A stretch of DNA of 64,000 nucleotides from Bacillota bacterium (GCA_023395595.1 JAEWYO010000044.1:5193-69192), one strand, 5' to 3'. Shown: positions 53,221 to 61,860, counted from the first letter of the stretch. A program made the numbers and translations. Notes: generated from the letters alone by a model not told the origin.

Positions 53221-54693
53221 TTATGCTTCCTCCTGCGCAAAGAACACGGTTTCGCCGGATGCATCTGCGCTGGTAATCGTGAATGCTTTGGTCACAAAAT
53301 TCGCATCCAGCCGTGCCGTCTGCGCGCCGTTTTTCCAGGTTACGCGCAGCTTACCGTCATCGTTCGATTCACCAATTTCGACTTCGCCGGAGAACGCGGG
53401 GTTCTCGTTTCGAAAGCGCATGATGCGATACATGTCCTGAAGCATCGGTTTTTCAACCGTCTCGGCGATCTCATCCTCCGTGTACGTGTGGCGGTTGATG
53501 CTCCTGGGTTCCTCGCCGCGCTTAAGCGCTTCGATGTCGTTTTCACCTGCGAGCAATCCTACATAGTAGACCTGCGGTACGCCAGGCGTGAAAAACTGCA
53601 CCACGCGGGCAAGCAGATAGGCGCGATCGTCCGCGCCCAGCGCGGAATAATAGCTGCACATGAGCTGGTAGCGCTGCGCCTGCTTGCCGGAGGTTTTAAT
53701 CATGCTCGGGAACTTCATATACGGCTGTGCCGGTAGGGTGATTTCGTCCACCCGGGCGCGCACATAGTCGATCTCCTCGTCGCTGAGTAACCCAACCACG
53801 TCCACAACGCCGATTCCATCATGCGTGTCCAGCGTGGTGAACTGTTTGCGCGGGCAGACGTTCAGCCAATGGATCAATCGGTCGGTTCTGCCGCTCATGA
53901 GCCCGTGCAACAACAGCATCGGCAGCGCAAAATCGTAGACCCAGTAGCCTTTTTCCGCCATTTTTAGTTGGATTGTATAGTTCTCATGGATTTCGGGCAG
54001 CATCTCGGTTCCGCTCTTACGCAGCGGCTGCATGCCCGTCTCAAGCACATCCCAAATCTCCGGCTCGACGAAGAAGCATGAAGTGCCCGGCTTTTTGGAG
54101 GCGTAGGCAAACGCGTCAAAGCGAATCAGCGGCACATGCTTTGAAAGCAAGCCGAGATTGCGGCGATAGTAGTCCTGCGTTGCCGCGCTGTAGGGATCGA
54201 TATCCACCTGCTCCTGAAAGAACGTGTTCCAGAGGTTGACACTCTTGCCGTCCGCGCGGGTGAAGGAGAAGAACGGGCCTTTCTCCTTGCGGCGATACAT
54301 TACATCCAGCTCCGCCTCGGTTGGTTCGCCGTTGGGCCAGAACTTGTTCCAATCGATGAACATGTCTTTATAGGGCGAGTCGTCGCCGTTTTGCAGATAA
54401 TCCTGAAACTCGGCACAGCGGATCGAAACATGGTTGAGCATGAAATCCGCCATCAGATAGTACTGCTCTCCAAGGCGGTCTATGTCTTCCCATGTGCCGA
54501 ACGCGGGATCGACGATGTCATAATGAATCACGGCAAAGCCGCGATCACCGGAGGACGGAAAGAACGGCAGAATATGCACGCCGCCAAATACACCGTCAAA
54601 ATACCGCGCGAGCACGTCGTTTAGCGCCGCAAGATTGTTCCCCATGGTGTCGGAATAGGTGATGAGCATAATCTTATTTTCGACTTTTTTCAT
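53221..54693 (-). CDS. GH13_18 sucrose-phosphorylase-family phosphorylase, canonical length
   Basis: IMLITYSDTMG...GGVHILPFFPSSGDRGFAVIHY, IRFDAFAY, MLPEIH and THDGIG; 490 aa. Start at ATG 54693. Confidence 0.88.
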   Translation of the reverse strand: MKKVENKIMLITYSDTMGNNLAALNDVLARYFDGVFGGVHILPFFPSSGDRGFAVIHYDIVDPAFGTWEDIDRLGEQYYLMADFMLNHVSIRCAEFQDYLQNGDDSPYKDMFIDWNKFWPNGEPTEAELDVMYRRKEKGPFFSFTRADGKSVNLWNTFFQEQVDIDPYSAATQDYYRRNLGLLSKHVPLIRFDAFAYASKKPGTSCFFVEPEIWDVLETGMQPLRKSGTEMLPEIHENYTIQLKMAEKGYWVYDFALPMLLLHGLMSGRTDRLIHWLNVCPRKQFTTLDTHDGIGVVDVVGLLSDEEIDYVRARVDEITLPAQPYMKFPSMIKTSGKQAQRYQLMCSYYSALGADDRAYLLARVVQFFTPGVPQVYYVGLLAGENDIEALKRGEEPRSINRHTYTEDEIAETVEKPMLQDMYRIMRFRNENPAFSGEVEIGESNDDGKLRVTWKNGAQTARLDANFVTKAFTITSADASGETVFFAQEEA

Positions 54694-54761
54694 GAAATAC
54701 TCCCAACTCTGTCTCTTGATGCAACGCGTGTTCCTGCCAATGGACACATGCAGGCTTAAAT

Positions 54762-54775
54762 TGTAAACGTTTTCA
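54762..54775 (-). promoter_or_regulatory. candidate LacI/CcpA-type operator (TGTAAACGTTTTCA) overlapping a TACAAT -10
   Basis: A 14-bp near-palindrome fitting TGNAANCGNTNNCA, 69 nt upstream of the phosphorylase start. On the minus strand it reads TGAAAACGTTTACAAT. Confidence 0.5.
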
Positions 54776-54975
54776 TTTTTTTGGAAAAACAAGCGCCGGA
54801 CAAAGCCTTTTGTTTCGCACGGCTCCGTGCTTTCTTTTGCGAAAGCCGCTTGCTGTTTCTAGCAAGCCACGGTAGGGGCTCCCCGCACAGGAAAACCGGA
54901 GCCAATGCGTCTGTCTGGCGCTTGTTGTTTGCTCTGCGTCATGAAATGGTACCCGCAAAGCGCGAGATCGGTGCA

Positions 54976-55857
54976 TCAGCCCTTAACGGAACCGAGCGTG
55001 ATGCCCTTGACGAAATACTTCTGGAAGAAGGGATACGCAATCATCAGCGGAATCACCGCAATCACGGCGATTGCCATACGCACGCTGATGTTCGGAATCG
55101 ATTTTGCGCTGATCATGCCCGACGTGTGCGACTGGAGGAAAGCCGCTTTGTTCATCACGTCGTTGAGATAGTTCTGTATGCCGTAGAGGTCTGTGCGCGT
55201 GGTTAAGAAATACACGCCGTTTGTCCAGTTGTTCCAGTAGGAGATCAGCGTCATCAGCGCGATGGTCGCGATGATGGGTTTGCTCATCGGCAGCACGATC
55301 TTGAGCAGGCTCTGCACCTCGTTCGCGCCGTCAATCTTTGCCGCCTCCAGTACCTCGCCCGGAATGCTGGAGGTAAAGTAGGTGCGCATGATGATCACGA
55401 AAAACGCGTTCATCAGCAAAAACGGCACGATCATGCCCGCAAGAGAATCTTTCACATTGATGAGGTTTGTATAGACCATATAGGTCGGCACCAAGCCCCC
55501 GTTGAAGAGCATCGTGAAAAACAGGAAGAAGGAGATGGCACCCCGCCCGGGCAGGTCCTTGTGGGACAGCGGATAGGCAAAGAGCACTGTGAGTACGATG
55601 TTTGCCGCAACACCGATGAGCGCGATGACGATGCTCATCAGATATGCCCGCCCGATAGAATCTTTCGCGTCCCAGAGATATTTGTATGCGTCAAAACTCA
55701 GCTCCTTCGGCAGCAGCGAGTAGCCGTGCTGAATCAGATACGTCTCGGACGTGATGGAGCTCACGAACAGCAGCCAGAACGGGATGATACACGCGGCAAT
55801 CAGCGCCACCAGCAGAAAGTTGACGAAGAAATTGAACACCTTGCTGTTATTTACCAT
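54976..55857 (-). CDS. carbohydrate ABC transporter permease (LplC-like)
   Basis: EAA loop EAAKIDGANEVQSLLKIVLP; six TM. Confidence 0.88.
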   Translation of the reverse strand: MVNNSKVFNFFVNFLLVALIAACIIPFWLLFVSSITSETYLIQHGYSLLPKELSFDAYKYLWDAKDSIGRAYLMSIVIALIGVAANIVLTVLFAYPLSHKDLPGRGAISFFLFFTMLFNGGLVPTYMVYTNLINVKDSLAGMIVPFLLMNAFFVIIMRTYFTSSIPGEVLEAAKIDGANEVQSLLKIVLPMSKPIIATIALMTLISYWNNWTNGVYFLTTRTDLYGIQNYLNDVMNKAAFLQSHTSGMISAKSIPNISVRMAIAVIAVIPLMIAYPFFQKYFVKGITLGSVKG

Positions 55858-55941
55858 AGTTTTTACCCTCCGCCCGAAGGAGGCGCGCCTCGCTTCCGGC
55901 TGAACACATTTACTGTACCTTGATCCGGTTTCCCTGCGCCG

Positions 55942-56925
55942 TTAGAACAGCGCGCTCTCTTTGTCCAGCTTACCGACGAGCCAGTTTGCGCCAAACACAA
56001 GGATAAAACCGAAGATCGATTGCAGGAAGCCCGCCGCAGAGGAACGGCCAACGTCATTGAGCTCCAACAACGCGCGGTAGACAAACGTGTCGATCGTTTG
56101 TGTGGTGGAATAGAGCAATCCGCTGTGCTGGGGAATGAGATAGAACAAACCAAAGTCCGAATAGCAGATCCTGCCGACCGAGAGAAGCACCAGTGTGATG
56201 ATCGTTGGCTTGATGCCCGGCAGCGTGATGTGAAGAATCTGCTGCCAGATGCTTGCGCCGTCCACAACCGCCGCCTCATAATAGGTTTTATCGATGCTGA
56301 TGACACTCGAATAGTAGAGGATCGAGCTGTAGCCGAACGACATCCAGAGATAGACAATGTTGAGGATGAGCGGCCAATATTTCGACTCGTTGTACCATTT
56401 GATCGGGTTCTCCACACCGAAGAGCGGCAAGATCGTGTTGTTCATGAAACCGTTGGAGGGGCTGAGAAACGCAAACGCGATGTAGCTGACGATCACGGTG
56501 GAGAGCAGGAACGGAATCAAAAACACGACCTGGCTCACCTGCTTGAAGTATTTGTTCTTCGCGCTGTCGAGCGCAATGGCAACCACGATCGCCAGCAGGT
56601 TTCCAAACAGGATGAACCCAAGGTTGTAAAGAACCGTGTTTCGCAGGGCAAGCAGCGCGTCGTTGTTGCTAAAGAGGTATTTGAAGTTGTCCAGACCGAC
56701 CCACGGGCTCTTGAAGATACCCAGCGAGTAGTTGATCTTTTTGAACGCGATCAACAATCCCGCCATCGGCAGATAGTTGTTGATGATTAAATACACCGCG
56801 CCCGGGATGAGCATGAGATACAGCGGCAGAAAGCGCAAAAACCGCCTCTTTCTTCTGAGTCTCTGATACGACTTTTCAGAAGGGGTCATGTCCCGTTTTC
56901 CCGACGCTTTTGTCTTTTTTTCCAT
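55942..56925 (-). CDS. carbohydrate ABC transporter permease (LplB-like)
   Basis: EAA loop EAAVVDGASIWQQILHITLP. Start at MEKKTK (56925) with a GGAGG RBS. Confidence 0.88.
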   Translation of the reverse strand: MEKKTKASGKRDMTPSEKSYQRLRRKRRFLRFLPLYLMLIPGAVYLIINNYLPMAGLLIAFKKINYSLGIFKSPWVGLDNFKYLFSNNDALLALRNTVLYNLGFILFGNLLAIVVAIALDSAKNKYFKQVSQVVFLIPFLLSTVIVSYIAFAFLSPSNGFMNNTILPLFGVENPIKWYNESKYWPLILNIVYLWMSFGYSSILYYSSVISIDKTYYEAAVVDGASIWQQILHITLPGIKPTIITLVLLSVGRICYSDFGLFYLIPQHSGLLYSTTQTIDTFVYRALLELNDVGRSSAAGFLQSIFGFILVFGANWLVGKLDKESALF

Positions 56926-57497
56926 TGAACATCCTCCGTGAAGGGTTGAAGTGCGTTGATTTTTGCTTTGTTTCTTACGAAAGGCATGGTGCGAAATGTG
57001 CCTGAACAGCACCTTGGTAAGATCGTATCAAAAAGAAAAACCCCTCACTATCAAAATTCCGACTAGATTTGTTACTTTTCTGAAGGGTTTTGCAGAAACC
57101 CGGATTTCTGCAGATTTTTGCGGTTTTCTCATCGATAACTGCAATGGAAACCGAATTTCGATCAAGGTGCTAAACTATTTCGGAATCATTCTTATATAAA
57201 TGACGTGTAATTATTATCGAAAGAACGTTTTTCGGCTCTGTTTCCTCTGGTGAGGTCCAGTTGCGCTCGTTGACGTATATACGCGCCTTGCTCCCTGCGG
57301 TATTCCGCGATTTTACCCGTTTTTGATCGGAAATATGATAAAAGGGGTCAGAAATTTGATGGCATCGCCGCGAGACGCTTTGCTATGATGGCTGTGTCAG
57401 AGGCGGTCTGCCTCACCCATCCGGTATTTTTTTAATCACACAAGAGCAACCGAAAAACAAACCAGAAACCACAAAACCATAAAAGGAGAGAGACCCA

Positions 57498-59048
57498 ATG
57501 AAAAAGAGCAAGGCCCTATTGTCTATTCTTGCGATGCTCCTGATCGTCGGAATGCTCGGCGCCTGCGCAGCACCCGCCGCAACCACCGAAGCGACGGCAG
57601 CCCCCGCAGAAACCGCGGCAATCACCGAAGCAGCTCCCGCGGACGGCACCTACCCCGTGATCCGCATGGCATACACGAAGATGTTTGCCACCGACTCGGA
57701 AGCGAAGATTGAGGAAGCCCTCAACGTCATCATGCGCAAGGAAGCGCAGGCTGAAATCGACCTCATTCCCGTTGACTTCTCGACCATGAGCACCCAGCTC
57801 AACCTGATGCTCACCGGCGGTGAAGATTCCATCGATATCTTCTCGTCCTTCTGGTATATGCCGATGAGCACGCTCTATGCCAATGGTCAGCTGGCTCCGC
57901 TCAACGACCTGCTGGAGTCTGACGGGCAGGGCATCCTGGATCTGTTTGCAGACACACCCGGCATTCTGGATTGCTGCACCATCAACGGTCAGCTCTACGG
58001 TCTGCCCACCTATGGGCCGTTCTCTTCCCCGATGATCTATATCGTCAAGGAAGGCGCCTCCAAGGCCGCGAACATCGACTGGACCAACATCAAGACGCTG
58101 GATGAAGTCACCGCCGCGATTCTTGAGATGAAGAAAGCCAACCCGGACAAGTACTTTGTCCCCGGCGCAACACAGAGCTACTGGATTCCGAAGGACATCG
58201 ATTACCTCGGAGACACCAACTTCCTCGGCGTTCTGACCGATCCGCTCAACAGCACAACGGTCGAGAACTATTATGAATCCGCCTACTTCATGAACCTGCT
58301 CGACAACGTGAAGATCTGGTCGGACAACGGCATCTTCAACCCCGATGCGATGAGCAACACGAACCCCACGCTGATGAGCGTCCAGTTCGGCATCACGGAA
58401 GGCACCCCCGGCTACTGCTGGAACCTCGACGAATGGATCTATGAAGCAAACCTCCAGCAGACCTATGGCGACAACATGGTCGGCACACAGCTTGGCGATA
58501 GCATCATCACCACCGGCAATGCCACCACGTATCTGTATCACATCACGAGCTTCAGCCAGAACAAAGAAGCCGCCATGCGCGTGCTGAAAGTGTTCTATAC
58601 CAACTCCGAAGCCGCCAACCTTCTCGGCAACGGCATCGAAGGCGAAAACTACGTCATCGACGACAAGGGCTATGTCCGCTTCCCCGAAGGAAAAGACATG
58701 ACCAACTGCGGCTGGACCGGCCTCGGCGCATCCTACTATCTGCCCAACTCCTCCGGCTGCCCGGTGTGGTACTATCAGCCCGACAATATGTGGGAGATGA
58801 TGGTGCAGTCCAACAAGGACGCGAAGAACTCCCTCGCGCTCGGCTTCACCTTTGACAGCACGAAAGTTGCAGATCAGATCACCGCTTGCAGCAACGTCAT
58901 CGCGCAGTATTATCTGCCGCTGATCAACGGCGAAGTGAACATCGCAGAAGTGCTCCCCGTCTTCCAGAAGGCGCTGCACGATGCGGGCATCGATGCCGTC
59001 ATCGCAGAGAAGCAAGCCCAGCTTGACGCTTGGCTCGCCGCGAAATAA
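57498..59048 (+). CDS. extracellular solute-binding lipoprotein, large LplA-like type
   Basis: Lipobox MKKSKALLSILAMLLIVGMLGAC with an Ala/Thr/Glu/Pro tether. It resembles the 32476-34026 SBP at the C-terminus (AEKQAQLDAW). Confidence 0.85.
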   Translation: MKKSKALLSILAMLLIVGMLGACAAPAATTEATAAPAETAAITEAAPADGTYPVIRMAYTKMFATDSEAKIEEALNVIMRKEAQAEIDLIPVDFSTMSTQLNLMLTGGEDSIDIFSSFWYMPMSTLYANGQLAPLNDLLESDGQGILDLFADTPGILDCCTINGQLYGLPTYGPFSSPMIYIVKEGASKAANIDWTNIKTLDEVTAAILEMKKANPDKYFVPGATQSYWIPKDIDYLGDTNFLGVLTDPLNSTTVENYYESAYFMNLLDNVKIWSDNGIFNPDAMSNTNPTLMSVQFGITEGTPGYCWNLDEWIYEANLQQTYGDNMVGTQLGDSIITTGNATTYLYHITSFSQNKEAAMRVLKVFYTNSEAANLLGNGIEGENYVIDDKGYVRFPEGKDMTNCGWTGLGASYYLPNSSGCPVWYYQPDNMWEMMVQSNKDAKNSLALGFTFDSTKVADQITACSNVIAQYYLPLINGEVNIAEVLPVFQKALHDAGIDAVIAEKQAQLDAWLAAK

Positions 59049-59070
59049 GCACAGCAAGACAACACAGTTG

Positions 59071-59102
59071 AAAGCGAGGGCACCTCTGTGCCCTCGCTTT
59101 TT
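59071..59102 (+). terminator. rho-independent terminator after the SBP gene
   Basis: aaagcgagggcac / gtgccctcgcttt form a 13-bp stem with loop CTCT, followed by a T-run. Confidence 0.8.
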
Positions 59103-59116
59103 GAGAGGAACCATCC

Positions 59117-60304
59117 GTGGAATCAATGCAAACAGCCGAACAAACCCAAAAGCTTTGGAATAAGCAATACATACTCGTGCTGATCATCAGCACACTGAGT
59201 TCGTTTTCCTTCTATATGGTGGTGACGATACTCTCCAAATATCTCACCGGCATCGGACTCTCGATCGCGCTGGCTGGCGTCATCGTCGGCCTGTTTTCGC
59301 TGACCTCGCTCTTTAGCCGACCGTTCTGCGGCCTCATGGCAGACCGCCTCAACAATGTTTGGCTGCTGGTTGCGAGCAATATCCTCATGGCGCTTGGCCT
59401 CCTTGGCCTTGCATTTACCAGGAATGTAACGCTGATTTTCGTCTTTCGGATTTTAAGCGGACTTGGCTTCGCCGTCGGTAGCACGGTGCAGGTGTCCCTG
59501 ATCATCCGCTTTATCCCCAAGGACAAGATGGGCGAAGGCATCGGCTATATGGGCATCAGCCAACTCATTGGCTCCGCCTGCGCGCCCGCTGTGGGGCTTG
59601 CGATTGCAAACGCGGTCGGCATGCAGCAGACGTTTATCGCGGCGGCGCTTTTGCCCGCGCTGACGTGTCTGCTGCTGCTCTTCATGAAAGACCTGCATCA
59701 GCCAAAACCGCAGGCGAGCCAAACAATCGCGCTAAGAGACATCATCGAACCAAAGGCGCTGCCGTTCACACTGCCCTACTCCACGCTCTCGTTTGTCAAC
59801 GGTATTATCTCGTCCTATCTGGTGCTGTATGCAGATGAACGCGGTATCGCCGGCATCAGCGTCTATTTCACCGTGTACGCGGTGTTTCTCTTCCTGGTCC
59901 GTCCGCTTGCCGGCAAGCTCATGGACGCAAAAGGCATCCAGTACACCGTCTTTCCGGGCATGGTCATCACCGCACTGTCGATGTTTCTGCTCGGCAGAAG
60001 CACCGCGCTTTGGATGATCCTGCTCACGTCTTTGCTGCGTGCGGTGGGACAGGGCGCGGCGCAGCCGTCCTTGCAAGCGGGCTGCATCAATCATGTCGGG
60101 CGCGAACGCAGCGGCGTTGCAACAAGCACCTATTTCCTCGGTGGTGACATCGGCCAGGGCATCGGCCCGATGATCGGCGGCGCTATTCTGGGTCAGGTGG
60201 CGGGTCTTGCGGGGTATCAGCTCGTGTTCAGCCTGTGCGGCGTGCTGATTCTGCTCGCGATGACGTATTTCTATTTTGCGCGCAAACGGAGGAACCTGCC
60301 ATGA
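59117..60304 (+). CDS. MFS transporter
   Basis: 12 predicted TM segments and an MFS loop motif GLMADRLNN. GTG start with GAGAGGA 7 nt upstream. Confidence 0.85.
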   Translation: MESMQTAEQTQKLWNKQYILVLIISTLSSFSFYMVVTILSKYLTGIGLSIALAGVIVGLFSLTSLFSRPFCGLMADRLNNVWLLVASNILMALGLLGLAFTRNVTLIFVFRILSGLGFAVGSTVQVSLIIRFIPKDKMGEGIGYMGISQLIGSACAPAVGLAIANAVGMQQTFIAAALLPALTCLLLLFMKDLHQPKPQASQTIALRDIIEPKALPFTLPYSTLSFVNGIISSYLVLYADERGIAGISVYFTVYAVFLFLVRPLAGKLMDAKGIQYTVFPGMVITALSMFLLGRSTALWMILLTSLLRAVGQGAAQPSLQAGCINHVGRERSGVATSTYFLGGDIGQGIGPMIGGAILGQVAGLAGYQLVFSLCGVLILLAMTYFYFARKRRNLP

Positions 60305-61821
60305 CGCAATTCGATCTTCCGCGCTGCACGCCGGAAGAGATCGGTCTTTCCAGCACGCAGGTTGCTTCTTGTATTCAGGCGCTCAACCACGACCTGACCA
60401 CCATGAACGGGTTTATGGCGGCGCGCTATGGCAAAGTATTCGCTGAGTGCTGGTGGTCTCCGTTTCGCGCGGGGCTTGTGCACAGCAACCACTCCTTTGG
60501 AAAAAGCTATACCGCAACGGCGATCTGCATCGCCCAGCAGGAAGGTAAACTCCATCTCGACGAGCGCATGGCGGACATCTTTGCCGAGGAGATCGCCAGT
60601 CGCAATCTCCGCCTCGATGAGCGGACGCGCCGCATCACCATACGCCATGTATTGACCATGACAAACGGCATGGTGCACCATCCCGACATGGCGGGCGACT
60701 GGATCGGCAACTATTTCGCTACGCCCATGGCGCACGAGCCGGGTACGTACTTTGCTTACAACTCCGCGGGTTCGTGTATGCTCGGCGCGATCATTCTCAA
60801 GCGCACGGGGCAGAACCTGAAGGAGTATCTCACCCCGCGTTTGTTTGACAAGATCGGCATCGACGCAAATCGCTTCGTCTGGTGTAAGTTTCCCAATGGA
60901 ATCGACGGCGAGCCGGGCACTTTTGCCACCACGGAGGATAATCTACGCCTTGCCCAGCTCTACTGCAGCGGCGGCGTTTGGAGCGGTGAACAGATTCTCG
61001 ATTCAAATTTTGTACAAGAAGCGCTCTCGGTTCAGATTGAGAATCCCTATGCGCCGGAGCAGAAGGACGGCAGATGCGGCTACGGCTATCAGCTCTGGGC
61101 CTGCAGCATCCCCGGTGTGTTCCGATTTGACGGTGGACAGGGACAATATGGCATCCTCTGGCCGGAGAAGCAGCTTGTCATCTCGTTGCACGAGGGTGCG
61201 TTTGCGCCCGTCGGCCCGCAGAAGACGCTCGATGTGCTCTATGAGCATCTGCTTCTGCCGATGCTGGATGAGCCGCTCCCGACCGCGGATAAAGAATACC
61301 GCGCACTGCTTGCACTTGAGAATGCGCAGGCGCTGACGCGAGGCGACGTCGGCAGTACGCTGCCGGACGATGGTTGGAACGGCACTTATTCGGTGCAATC
61401 CGGCGTGTTTGATCCGTGGTTTGCCGTGGCTCCGCCGGGCGTTGGCGACCTGTTTGCCGCGTTTCGGGCGCCGGAGCACGACCGACGAATCCACAGCTTC
61501 ACACTCTGGGTCTTAGCCAGACAGGTCTCGCTGACGCTGGATTCCGGTGCGGAGATCTACGCATATCTCGACGGTACACTGCACGAGTGCGCTGTCCCCA
61601 CCCCGTTCCCCGCGCTGAGCGCCTATGCAGCAACCGCGCGGCTGCTGCCGGACGGTGCGCTGGAGCTGCGCATTCGCTGGCTCAACGGCTGGTTTGAGAC
61701 GATGCTACTCTTTGCGCAATCGGAGAACGGGCTGGCTGTTACGATGAAAAAACTCCGGCTCAATGCGGCCGACAACTATTTGATCGAAACCTGCTTTGCG
61801 GTACGGCAAAGCTGCGTTTGA
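60301..61821 (+). CDS. serine hydrolase, beta-lactamase fold (family VIII esterase-like) with C-terminal domain
   Basis: SxxK motif HSFGKSY. It is a paralogue of 22929-24437. The ATG overlaps the MFS stop (ATGA). No signal peptide. Confidence 0.8.
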   Translation: MTQFDLPRCTPEEIGLSSTQVASCIQALNHDLTTMNGFMAARYGKVFAECWWSPFRAGLVHSNHSFGKSYTATAICIAQQEGKLHLDERMADIFAEEIASRNLRLDERTRRITIRHVLTMTNGMVHHPDMAGDWIGNYFATPMAHEPGTYFAYNSAGSCMLGAIILKRTGQNLKEYLTPRLFDKIGIDANRFVWCKFPNGIDGEPGTFATTEDNLRLAQLYCSGGVWSGEQILDSNFVQEALSVQIENPYAPEQKDGRCGYGYQLWACSIPGVFRFDGGQGQYGILWPEKQLVISLHEGAFAPVGPQKTLDVLYEHLLLPMLDEPLPTADKEYRALLALENAQALTRGDVGSTLPDDGWNGTYSVQSGVFDPWFAVAPPGVGDLFAAFRAPEHDRRIHSFTLWVLARQVSLTLDSGAEIYAYLDGTLHECAVPTPFPALSAYAATARLLPDGALELRIRWLNGWFETMLLFAQSENGLAVTMKKLRLNAADNYLIETCFAVRQSCV

Positions 61822-61860
61822 CTTCTGAATCGCAGAAAACGACCTGATTCCTCCCTTTAG

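Noticed and set aside
24790-59126. Further long antisense ORFs: 24790-26262, 32263-34137 (624 aa), 42313-43812, 46510-47688, 47592-49166 (524 aa) and 57516-59126 (536 aa). Also 7166-8242 and 11366-12532.
   Set aside because: Each mirrors a confidently identified gene on the other strand. Each has the same Arg/Gly/His-rich composition and lacks start signals. I treat them as compositional artefacts, not overlapping genes.
22929-61821. Three 'beta-lactamase' genes (22929-24437, 41203-42372, 60301-61821) as antibiotic-resistance determinants.
   Set aside because: They have no signal peptides. They are embedded in or coupled to sugar-transport and esterase operons, and two carry extra C-terminal domains. 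The SxxK fold is shared with family VIII carboxylesterases, which fits the context better. Sequence inspection alone cannot exclude resistance activity.
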